Positions 21,753-34,498 of a stretch of DNA of 64,000 bases are shown piece after piece (position 1 is the first letter of the stretch; every line of letters begins with the position of its first letter). The position numbers and the translations under genes were made by a program. The stretch lies in the NCBI GenBank assembly GCA_964016885.1, contig OZ024764.1, forward strand, positions 4,960,001 through 5,024,000, given 5' to 3'. Under the pieces are notes generated by a model. That model worked only from the letters and a program-made list of their open reading frames with translations. It did no database searches and was not told where the DNA came from. Source of the DNA: Eledone cirrhosa. Its lineage: Eukaryota.

Positions 21753-24700
21753 TATATATATATATATGCATGGAGGCACATGGCTTAGTGGTTAGAGCAT
21801 TGGTCATGCAATCGAAAGGTTGTGAGTTCAATTCTCAGACCGGGTGATGTGTTGGTTCCTTGAGCAAGACACTTTATTTCACATTGCTCCAGTTTACTCA
21901 GCTGTAGAAATGAGATGATAGGGACTGGGGTCCCTATCATTCCACTGCAAAGTGGTCGTGGAGGTGCCACGGCAAAAAAAGCACCCAGCACTCACTGTAA
22001 ATGAGGTTGGTGACAGGAAGGGAATACAGCTGTAGAAATCAAGCCAGAATCAGTTCCCGTCCCGCCCTTGCAAGCAGGGAAAAGTGGACGTAAAATGAAA
22101 TGATGAAAGAGAGATAGAGAGAAAGAGAGGGAGTGAGAGAGATACATTAAAACAATAACAGAAGGTCTGACTGGAGAATTTACTTTAGAATTCCTTCACG
22201 GAAATGTCTTATTTATCTGTAACACAAACTTCAAAAAACAAGACAACCACTTAATAATCGATAGATCAAGTGAGCCCTCCAGCTAGATAGATTTCCTTGT
22301 TACCAGAAGATAGAGTGACTGTTATAAACACAAAGTCCTTCCCTAGTGAAGAATGCACCTCCCAACATACCTTAGAATACAACCTGGAAGAAAAGAGTAT
22401 AGATCAAAATCAAAAGGTCTTAAAGTCAATTTGGTAAAGACTAAAGTTCTAGTAAGTAGAAAGGAAAACTGGGCCCAGATCTCTTCAGGTAAACTGTCCT
22501 GCTCAGTGGGCAGAAAAGGAGTAGGTAGAAATTCCATCCTATGTCCCATATAGAAATGATGGGTACACAAAAGATGTTGTGGGATCTCAGGAAGGCTAAC
22601 AAAGAACGTAGCTTCTACATGTGGCCAGTGAACAGGGGCAGGAAATATCAAGAGCTCTCGAGTTACAATCTCCTTCAAATGCCCAGAAGTCTCTGCAGAG
22701 GTGGTAGATAGTTTCTGTTACTTAGGTGACTAAATCAGCAGTGGAGGAGGGTGGTCCAAAAACTCAGTAACAAGAGTGAGATTAGATTGGAGAAAGTGCA
22801 GGGATCTACTACTACTGCTAACTACAAAACATTTTTCCATCAAAATGAAGGGCAGACTGTATGATGCAGGTATACAAACAACAATGTTGCACAGCAGCGA
22901 GACCTGGGCACTGTGTGTAGAAGATCTGTAAAGATTGGAAAGAAATGAAGCCTCCATGCTTCAATGGATGTGCCATAGTAATATATGCAAATGGCAAAAC
23001 ATAGGTTACCATTGGGTAGGTTACTGTAGGGTAGGGTACCATAGGGTGGGTTACCATAGCGTAGGTTACTGAATGGTAGGTTACATTTCGTTAGGTTACT
23101 GTAGGGTCGGTTACATAGGGTAGGTTACCATAGGGTGGGTTACCATAGGGTAGGTTACTGTAGGGTAGGTTACCATAGGGTAGTTATGTAGGGTAGGTTA
23201 CCATAGTGTAGGTTACTGTAGGGTAGGTTACCATAGAGTAGGATACTGTAGGGTAGGTTACCATAGGGTAGTTATGTAGGGTAGGTTACCATAGTGTAGG
23301 TTACTGTAGGGTAGGTTACCATAGAGTAGGATACTGTAGGGTAGGTTACCATAGGTTAGGTCACTGTAGGGTAGGTTACCATAGGGTAGGTTATTATAGG
23401 GTAGGTTACCATAGGTTAGGTTACTATAGGGTTGGTTGCCATAGGGTATGTTACCATAGGGTAGGTTACTATAAGGTAGGTTACCATACCATAGGTTAGG
23501 TTACCATATGTTTGTTAAGGTTAGGCTAGGCTGGTTTACTCGGTGAGTTAAAACTCACTTGCGACTGTAGTGTTTTAGAAGAAGTGTCTTAATCTTTAGT
23601 GCGCCACTAAATTTTTTAACTATTTCCCCTGAAACTGCCTTATTTTTTGGGTGTCGTCTTATGAATCGAATAGTGTCGTATAGGACTATCTGGCATGTTT
23701 TCTATGGCTGGATGCCCTTCCTAACACCAACCACGTTTACAGTGTGGGGACTGGGAGGTTTTTACCATGTTAACTACACGGCCAATTTACAGCGTGGACT
23801 GTGTGTTTTATTGTCATGACACCTACACAACCTCATTTATTTAGGACTGGATGTTGTGTGACCAACATAATTTTACAGAGATGGGGGTGGGAGTAGTGGG
23901 GTGGGGGCGTATATTTGGTTAAGAGGTGCCTACTGACTGTAGGTTTCGCTTTGTACTTAGGCAAGGGTGGTCTTCTGTATTACTGCGTAGCGCCAAAGAT
24001 CTCGGTCCAGTGACATTGTCTTGGAGAGGTGTAAGTGTGTGAGATCGGAATTTATCAATTCGTCCCAGGGTTTTCTGGGTCTGCCTACTCCGTGGCTACC
24101 ATCTATTTTGATCGCCCTGCACTTTTTTATACAGCTGTCGTCTTTCATGCGCATCACGTGACCATACCAACGTAGTCTTCTCTCGAGTAAACAACATCTG
24201 ATCCCTCTTATTCCTAATTTCTCACTTAGTTCATTTATGCTTTGCCGTTCACGTATATTACTATTACACATCCAGCGGAGCATGCAAACTTCATTCCTCT
24301 CCAGTCTGCGTATATCCTCTGCACACAATGCCCAAGTCTCACTGCCATGTAACATTGTTGTCCGTATGCAGGCATCATACAGCCTGCCTTTCATTTTTAG
24401 AGAGAACCCTTTAGCGGCCAATCGTACAATGAAAAGAGCGTCTGTGATACTTTTACCTGACACAAACCCAAACTGCATTTCATCTAGATCAATTCTCTCT
24501 CTGATTAGTTGCGCTATTACTTTTTCTGTGACCCTCATGAACTGGTCAATTAATTTAATGCCTCTATAGTTTCCCCTATCTAGGGCATCTCCTTTACCCT
24601 TGTAGCAGTTAATGATGATGATATATATATAAAAGAAATAAGATTTCGCTTCAAGCATATCTTTATACAATATGTATAAATATTTTGTATCTCCAAAGAA

Positions 24701-25028
24701 ATACGGTTTTAGGAAGCCTTAGCTCTGCAAACCCTGGGGGCTAACGTCCTCTGGTGATGTCCAGCAGAAGCAAGGGGGACAACCGTCTATGCATTTCAGG
24801 CTTAACTGGCCATCGTCAGGACAGTCCCTCCCACTGCTTGCGACTGCTGGCCAGTTAAGCATGAAATGCATAGACGGTTGTCCCCCTTGCTTCTGCTGGA
24901 CATTACCAGAGGCCTTGAAACCCTAAGTCCCTTTTGTTCTGTGTATGAACAGAAATAAATAATGTAATATATATATATGTATGTGTGTGTATCTATTTAT
25001 ATATTTAACTATATGTTTCTCATTACAG

Positions 25029-25106
25029 GAACACCACTAATTTCTCCGAAAAATTTATTACTTATCTTTTATGCAGCCTTCCCTCCAATGATTACAAGAA
25101 ATTTAT
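25029..25106 (+). CDS. Microexon E4 (class B, 78 nt): NTTNFSEKFITYLLCSLPSNDYKKF(I)
   Basis: Acceptor tttctcattacAG, donor GTaagt; 10 clustered substitutions relative to E2 inside near-identical flanks. Confidence 0.8.
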
Positions 25107-25963
25107 GTAAGTGTTACCTTAACATACTGTCTAACCATTGTTTAATCTGCTCCTCCCTCTACCTCTCCCTTTATACACACACACACATATATACCCCTAT
25201 ATATATATGTATACACACACACACACAAATATATACACATATATACATATATATATACACACATATATATATAATCACATATATATATACATATATACAA
25301 GCGAGACACGGCCTGCTGACCAATCTCGCCTTAAGTGGGACAAAACCGTCCAACCCATGCTAGCATGGAAGATGGACTTTAAATGATGATGATATATACA
25401 CACTGACACATATATATATACATATATATATACACATATATATACGCATATATTTATATATATATATGAGTTCAAGTCCGCCGAGGTTAACTTTGCCTTT
25501 CATCTTTACGAGGTCGATAAAATAAAGTACCAGTGGTGTACTGGGGTAATCGCTGGCCTTGTGCCAAAAGTAGAAACTATATTTATATATATATATATAT
25601 AACCAAAGATTAATATGGTTTGTTGATTACTTAATGAATACAGTTTTGCAATAGATTAGAAGCACTCAACAGTGAAAGTTTTCCTGGACTTTTTAATATT
25701 AACAAATGAAAAATATTCTCATAATCAAAATATATACTTTATTATATACATTTCAAAGGTATATGACATACCTCTACGGTCTTGATTCTTCAATTCCAGT
25801 ATTGCAGTCACTGCCAATACTGGAATTGAAGAATCAAGACCGTAGCGCTATGTCATAATCATATATTTTGTCTGATGAGGACATACTGAAAAAACAACAA
25901 TATATATAATATAGTATATATTTTGATTATGCGAATATTTTTCATTTGTTAACATTTTGAATA

Positions 25964-26013
<50 letters not shown>

Positions 26014-26079
26014 AGGTAAAATGAATAATGAAAGAGTTGCAAGCCTTTAAAACATATCTTTATAAAGCTCTTACATATG

Positions 26080-26165
<86 letters not shown>

Positions 26166-27852
26166 TCATTATCATTTTATGTCCGCTTTTCCCTGCTTGC
26201 AAGGGTTGGGCTCTCACCACCACTGGCCATGTTTTTCGTGGTCTTCCTTTTACTGGGATTTTTTAGCACCTCTTTACCCAGCAGTCATCCTCGATGCGCA
26301 TCACTTGTCCATACCATCTCAGTCTTCTCTCCTGCACACCACAACTCATCCCCAGTTTCTCTCTCAACTCATCTATGGTCTTGTCGTTCACGCACATTGA
26401 CACACACATACATACACATATATATATTAATTCTATTGACTGATTAATAGCTCTTGTTAATTTTAAAACCATTCTGTTGAGAGCTTAATTCGTTCTGTGA
26501 TATTTTGCAATTTTGCAATAACACACATACTGAATTCATCCGCCAAAACTAAGGGCTGCCCCCCCCCCCCCCCCCCCCCTGTGAAGCCCCACGTGGGTTT
26601 TGATAACGGTCAGTCCTTGGCTTGGCACTGAACTAAAAGCCTGTTGAGAAAGTGACTTCCTTGTTCGATCATCATACAAAAAGCTTAACATTATTTGTCT
26701 AAGTAGACAGTACTTGATTTAGGAGTTGCAGAAACCCAATACTGGATATTACCAACCTTCCAGGGGTCCGGGTATAATTTTCCATCATATTTTATTTGTT
26801 TTACTCGAATTACTTGGTCGTGTCTATGGCTGTGCGGATAATTGTTTAACCATCGTCTCAGTGTGTTTGGCCTTTTAACTTATGTTGTTGCTCTAGTTCA
26901 CTAGCTTCTATGGAGCGCCTGCCACACATCTCGGAAGTTGTTTTTCGTTAATTTCCAATAGCAGAAATGCAATTCTCGCTAATTTATATATATATATATA
27001 TATATATACACGTATAAGGGATAACAAAATATCGTTATAGGTAATCCAGGTAGAAGTTGTGAATACTCTGTATTGTGGTTAGTCTTAGTCTACGGCGTTG
27101 TTTGACTCAACAAGAGGTTTCCGTAGGTGGCAAGTATTTGAGTTCTCTTGAATTCCTATGTAAGTTTATCTTGGAGTAATAATATTGAAAGCGTGAAGAA
27201 TAACATGGTCAACAGTACAAAAGAAGGTTTTTATTTACAGTATTAACAATTGTTTCACTGATTAAGTTGTCTAAAAATCGCTGAAAACTTAAAGCTGTGC
27301 CACTCAATCTACTATATATATTGGAAGTGGTCGGACGTTGTATATTTAAGTAAATAAGTAGGTGTAGTCGGATAAACGTCGAAACGGCTTGGTAGAATGC
27401 AGCGAAAATTTACACAGTTATGCAGAATTGTAGCAGTTAATGATGATATATATGTAAAAGAAATAGGATTTCGCTTCAAGCATATCTTTATACAATATGT
27501 ATAAATATTTTGTATCTCCAAAGAAATACGGTTTTAGGAAGCCTTAGCTCTGCAAACCCTGGGGTGCTAACGTCCTCTGGTGAGGTCCAGCAGAAGCAAG
27601 GGGGACAACCGTCTATGCATTTCAGGCTTAACTGACCATCGTCTGGACAGTCCCTCCCGCTGCTTGCGACTGCTGGCCAGTTAAGCGTGAAATGCATAGA
27701 CGGTTGTCCCCCTTGCTTCTGCTGGACATCACCAGAGGCCTTGAAACCCTAAGTCCCTTTTGCTCTGTGTATGAACAGAAATAAATAATGTAATATATAT
27801 ATATGTATGTGTGTATCTATTTATATATTTAACTATATTTTTCTCATTACAG

Positions 27853-27888
27853 CTCATATGATTCTTTAACCGATTACAAGAAAGTTAT
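27853..27888 (+). CDS. Microexon E5 (class B, 36 nt): SYDSLTDYKKV(M)
   Basis: Acceptor tttttctcattacAG, donor GTaagt; the other two frames contain stops (TGA, TAA). Confidence 0.8.
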
Positions 27889-29529
27889 GTAAGTGTTACC
27901 TTAACAAACTGTCTAACCATTGTTTAATCTGCTCCTCCCTCTACCTCTCCCTTTATACACACACACACATATATACCCCTATATATATATATGTATACAC
28001 ACACACACACAAATATATACACATATATACATATATATATACACACATATATATACATATATACAAGCGAGACACGGCCTGCTGACCAATCTCGTCTTAA
28101 GTGGGACAAAACCGTCCAACCCATGCTAGCATGGAAGATGGACTTTAAATGATGATGATATATATACACTGACACATATATATACATATATACAAATATA
28201 TATACGCATATATCTATATATATATATATGAGTTCAAGTCCGCCGAGGTTAACTTTGCCTTTCATCTTTACGAGGTCGATAAAATAAAGTACCAGTGGCG
28301 CACTGGGGTAATCGCTGGCCTTCTGCCAAAAGTAGAAACTATAATTATATATATATAACCAAAGATTAATATGGTTCGTTGATTACTCAACGAATACAGT
28401 TGTACAATAGATTAGAAGCACTCAACAGTGAAATTTTCCTGGAGTTTTTAATATTATTCAAAATATTAACAAATGAAAAATATTCTCATAATCAAAATAT
28501 ATACTTTATTATATATATTTCAAAGGTATATGACATACCTCTACGGTCTTGATTATTCAATTCCACTATTGGCAGTGACTATATATTTATAGGCAAAATG
28601 AATAATGAAAGAGTTGCAAGCCGTTAAAACATATCTTTATAAAGCTCTTACATATGTTATATATATATATATCATCATCATCAGCAGCGAGACCTGGGCA
28701 CTGTGTGTAGAAGATCTGTAAAGATTGGAAAGAAATGAGCCTCCATGCTTCAATGGATGTGCCATAGTAATATATGCAAATGGCAAAACATAAATGTACT
28801 GTGAGAGGATTTAGGCATAAGAGGGATTAGATGCAGTGTGCAGGAGTGGGATTGTTTTGGTATAGACATGTGATGTGTATGAAGGGTGACAGCTGTATAA
28901 AAAGGTGCCAAACGCACAAAGTTGACAGAGGCCGTGGAGTGGGCAGGTCTAGGAAGACTTGGGATGAGGTAAGGAAAGCTGATTTTGCACAATTACACCT
29001 AGCTAAGGCAATGACACAGGATGGTGACCTCTGGCGCTATGCACAATTATAGAGGACTACATCCACAATCCACCAGACATTTTCCCTACCAACACCCCAC
29101 ACAAGTTCCCAAACCTCACCATAAAGTGGTCCCGCTGCAGCCATGACAAATATGTCCAGTCCACACTGTACAGTGGTATTGTAGGTGTCCTGCCAAAAAT
29201 CAATATTGGGCCTTAAAACCTTGAGTCCCTTTTGTTCTGTGTATGAACATAAATAATTGTTTCTACTTTTGGCACAAGGCCAGCAATTATCCAGTGCATT
29301 ACTGGTACTTTAATTTATCGACCCCGTAAGGATGAAAGGCAAAGTTAACCTCGGCGGGATTTGAACTCAGATCATACAGGGAGGTAACTATGCTTCAAAG
29401 CATGGCGTCCGACCCTCTACCGATACTGCCAATCCACCGCCTGAACATAAATAAATAATGTAATATATATATATATGTATGTGTGTGTGTATCTATTTAT
29501 ATATTTAACTATATTTTTTGTAATCACAG

Positions 29530-29571
29530 GTCTGATTCACTGCCGAGGTCCACTATAGGAAACAGTGACGA
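29530..29571 (+). CDS. Microexon E6 (class A2 variant, 42 nt): SDSLPRSTIGNSD(E)
   Basis: Acceptor ttttttgtaatcacAG, donor GTaagt; 7 substitutions relative to E3. Confidence 0.8.
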
Positions 29572-29857
29572 GTAAGTTTTAGTTTTACACACTATCTAAC
29601 CATTATTCTATCTGTTCCTTCCCGTCTCTCTCTCTCTTTATATATACTAAGGTGTATTATTGGTTGTGTAAAACGGTCCAATAAATTTTTGTTAGCAATA
29701 TTAAGTTCTCCACGCTTTTGTATATCTCCAATTCCATTCAAGGGAACAGCTAGATGATGTAACAAAATCCGAAGGCAAGGTAAAATTTCCAATCATTTTA
29801 ATCATGTCGTGATTAAAATGATTGGAAATCTTACCTTCCCTTCGGATTTTCATTTTG

Positions 29858-29888
<31 letters not shown>

Positions 29889-30524
29889 TGACTCTGTCTC
29901 TTATAAACCACGTTGGCTATTATGACACTCTCTCCAACATAGAGAGCTATGTTGGCTAATATGACTCTCTCTGTATGTTGACTATAATGACTCTCTCTCT
30001 ATGTTGGCTATTATGACTCTCTCTCTCTCTCTATGTTGGCTATAATGACTCTCTCTCTCTCTATGTTGGCTATTATGTCTCTCTCTGTTCAAGCTTTATG
30101 AAGTTAGATGAACATCTTCAAAGTCCTCCCATATTCGCCTTGTCTAATATGCGTTCTTGTACCTGATTATTTCCCCCAAATCTCCTGGGATGTTATAAAC
30201 CATGATGGCTACCTATCTCACAATTTCTCTCCTGCCCACCCCCTCACACCACCATAGTCTATTCGACCAATCAAACCTCAGCAACATGTCCCCCACCCAT
30301 TAAAAACCCCAACAAACTCTGCCATTACTACTACTTCTACTTTTCTTCTAGCCCTTACCAGCCCTTTATTTTATCGACCCCGTAAGGATGAAAGGCAAAG
30401 TTAACCTCGGCGGGATTTGAACTCAGATCGGAAAGGGACGTAACTAAATAAATAATGTAATATATATATATGTATTTGTGTTTGTATCTATTTATATATT
30501 TAACTATATTTTTTGTAATCACAG

Positions 30525-30566
30525 GACTGATACAGAGGAGAGTACCGCTCTAGAAAAGAATGACGA
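30525..30566 (+). CDS. Microexon E7 (class A1, 42 nt): TDTEESTALEKND(E)
   Basis: Canonical AG/GTaagt; the other two frames contain stops (TGA, TAG). Confidence 0.8.
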
Positions 30567-30630
30567 GTAAGTTTTAGTTTTACATACTATCTAACCATTA
30601 TTCTATCTGTTCCTTCCCGTCTCTCTCTCT

Positions 30631-30694
<64 letters not shown>

Positions 30695-31382
30695 AGGTGT
30701 ATTATTGGTTGTGTAAAACGGTCCAATAAATTTTTGTTAGCTTTTGTATATCTCCAATTCCATTCAAGGGAACAGCTAGATGATGTAAAACGGAGTATTT
30801 GTATCAAAATGAAAATCCAAAGGCAAGGTAAAATTTCCAATCATTTTAATCTCGCCGTGATTAAAATGATTGCAAATCTTACCTTGCCTTTGGATTTTCA
30901 TTTTGATATATATATATATATGTATATATATGACTCTGTCTCTTATAAACCACGTTGGCTATTATGACACTCTCTCCAACATAGAGAGCTATGTTGGCTA
31001 ATATGACTCTCTCTCTCTCTCTCTCCCTCTCTATGTTGGCTATTATGACTCTCTCTCTGTCCCACTCTATGTTGGCTAATATGACGCTCTCTCTCTCTCT
31101 ATGTTGGCTATTATGACTCTCTCTCTCTCTATGTTGGCTATTATGTCTCTCTCTCTCTATCTATGTGGGCTATTATGTCTCTCTCTGTTCAAGGTTTATG
31201 AAGTTAGTTGAACATCTTCAAAGTCCTCCCATATTCGCCTTGTCTAATATGCGTTCTTGTACCTGATTATTTCCCCCAAATCTCCTGGGATGTTATAAGC
31301 CATGATGGCTACCTATCTCACAATTTCTCTCCTGCCCACCCCCTCATACCACCATAGTCTATTCGACCAATCAAACCTCAGA

Positions 31383-32755
31383 AACATGTCCCCACCCATT
31401 ACCAACCCCAACAAACTCTGCCATTACTACTACTTCTACTTTTCTTCTAGCCCTTACCAGCCCCAACAAACCCTGACATTATTACTACTATTGTCCTTCT
31501 AGCCATGGGCTGAGGATAAATGGGGCTACCCCAAATTAATAAATGAATATGAATCCGCGAGTTACCAAGCACCCATGCAAAGCTTTAATTCAGAGACAGG
31601 AAGCATACACACCCCACTGCAAAAATTCACCCTTTCCCACGAGTGGTGGCAAATGCCCCAAACTCCGAGTTGGAACCATCAATGTAAGCACAATGAAAGG
31701 AAGAGCAGGAGAAATTGTAGAGATGCTAGAGCGAAAGAAAATTGATGTATGCTGTGTGCAAGAGACTAGATGGAGAGCAGAGTCCGCTGGAGTCCTTGCA
31801 GGCAGAAGTCAGTGCTACCAATTTGTCTGGGTAGCAAATGACAACAGGATGGGAGGTGTAGCTATCCTATTAGCTGACAAATGGGTAGATAAGGTAATCT
31901 CAGTGAACAGGGTGAATGCAAGAATAATGAAACTTGGACTAGTCCTGAATAAAACAATTGCCACAATAATATCAGCTTACGCACCCCAATTGGGGTTGCC
32001 AGCTGACTATAGCGGGGAATTTAGTTTAGAGGTCGGTGTCCACCAGGGCTCTGTTCTTAGCCCACTCCTGTTCGTTAAAGTATTGCAAGCAATAATGGAG
32101 GTGATTATGACCGGATGCCCATGGGAACTCCTATATGCGGATCATCTCACACTTATAGCCGAATCTATGGTGGAACTATACTTGCTCAGTATGTAGGAAA
32201 GGAGTAGGCTGGCTGCAAAAGGTTTTCCCCTCAAAATGAAAAGCAGACTGTATGATGTGGGTATACGAATAGCAATGTTACATAGTAGTGAAACCTGGGC
32301 GCCGTCTGTGGAAGACTTGCATAGATTAGAAAGAAACGAAGCCTGCATGCTCCGATGGATGTGTAATAGTAATATACGCAAACGGCAAAGCATAAATGAA
32401 TTGAGAGAGTGACTGAGCATAAGAGGAATGAAATGCTGTGTGCAGGAGAGGATGTTGCATTGGACATGTGATGCGTATGAAGGATGACAGCTGTATAAAA
32501 AGGTGTAGAGCAGTAGAAGTCGATGGAAGCCGTGGAGTGGGGAGACCCAAGAAGAGCTGGGATGAGGTGATAAAAGCCGGACTCACTGTAAATGAGGTTG
32601 GTGTTAGGAAGGGCATCCAGCTGTAGGAATCAAGCCAGAATCAGTTCTTGTATGAGCAAGACAAGGTCAGCTGAACAGACACTGCCCACAACAGGACAAC
32701 CCGTCTAACCCATGCTTGCGTGGAAGAATGGACGTAAAACAGTGATGAAGATGAT
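31383..32755 (+). mobile_element. Internally deleted RTE LINE, copy 4
   Basis: 217-aa ORF 31543-32196. Confidence 0.9.
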
Positions 32756-32758
32756 ATA

Positions 32759-34498
32759 TCATATATGCCAGTGTACTATTTGACATTTGGAGCCTAAAAA
32801 TATCTCTCCAAAACCAGGGGTCGACTTGTCTGCTGAATATAGTATGTTACCTTTACCACTGAGGGGTAAACAGTGAAACTGCCTGCCTAACACTTGTTGT
32901 ACACCACTTACCATAACTCTAGCAACCCACCACATTTATTTCTACTGAATCTCATATTTGTTAAGTTTAACGTAGAGATTATAGTAATATCAATGTCTTG
33001 CTGTAGCTTATAGGGTAGGTTACCATACGGTAGGGTACTGTAGGGTAGGTTACCATAGGGCAGGTTACTGTAGGGTAGGATACTGTCTGGTAGGTTACTG
33101 TAGGGTAGGTTACCTTGGGTAGGTTACTGTAGTGTAGGTTACTGTAGGGTAGGTTACTGTATGGTAGATTACTCTAGGCTAGGTTACCATAGGGTAGGTT
33201 ACTGTAGTGTAGGTTACCATAGGGTAGGTTACCACAGAGTAGGTTACCTTATGGTAGGTTACCTTATGGTAAGTTACTATAGGGTAGGTTACCATAGGGT
33301 AGGTTACCTTATGGTAAGTTACTATAGGGTAGGTTACCATAGTGTAGGTTACCTTATGGTAAGTTACTATAGGGTAGGTTACCATAGGGTAGGTTACCTT
33401 AGTGTAGGTAAGAATAGGGTAGGTTACCATAGGTTAGGTTACTGTAGGGTAGGTTACCATAAGGTAGGTTACTGTAGGGTAGGTTACCATAGGGTAGGTT
33501 ACTGTAGGTAGGTTACCATAGGGTAGTTTACCGTAGGTTAGGTTACTGTAGGGTAGTTTACCGTAGGTTAGGTTACTGTAGGGTAGGTTAACATAGGGTA
33601 TGTTAGCATAGGGTTGGTTACCATAGGTTAAGTTCATATAGGTTGTTACCATATGGTAGGTTACTGTAGGGTAGGTTGCTATAGGGTAGGTTATCGTAGA
33701 GTAGGTTACTATAAGGTAGGTTACCATAAGGTAGGTTACCGTAGGGTAGGTTACTATAGGGTAGGGTATCATAGGATAGGTTACCATAAGGCAGGTTACC
33801 ATAGAGTAGGTTACCTTAGGGTAGTTTACTATAAGATAGGTTACCATAGTGTAGCTTACCATAGGGTAGGTTGTTACCATAGGCAAGGTTACTATAGGGT
33901 GGGTTACCATAGGGTAGTTTATGATATGGTTGGTTACCATAGTGTAGGTTACTATAACATAGGTACCATAGTGTAGGATACCTTAGATTAGGTTACTGTA
34001 GGTTAGGTTACCATAGGTTAGGTTAGCAATGGGTAGGTTACTATAGGTTGTTACCATAAGGTAGGTTACTGTATGGTGGGTTACCATAGGGTAGGGTACC
34101 ATAAAGTAGGTTATTATAGTGTAGGTTACCTTAGGATAGGTAACCATAGGGTAGGTTACTATGGGGTAAGTTACCATAGGGTAGGTTCCCATAGGGTAGG
34201 TTAACATAAGCTAGGTTACCTCAGGGTAGGTTACCATACCATAAAGTAGGTTACCATAGGTTTGTTAAGGTTAGGCTAGGCTGGTCTACTCGGTGAGTTA
34301 AAACTCACTTGTGACTGTAGTGTTTTAGAAGTGTCTCAATCTTTCATGCACCACTAAATTTTTTAACTATTTCCCCTGAAACTGCCTTATTTTTGGGGGT
34401 CATCTTATCAATCGAATAGCGTCCTAAATCTAAATTATACTTCAGAATTTTAGGGGCCGACTTATGTACCGGATAGACTTGTACACCGGCATATATGG
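32759..34498. mobile_element. TIR element with 15-bp minisatellite, copy 4
   Basis: Same termini as copy 1. Confidence 0.75.
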
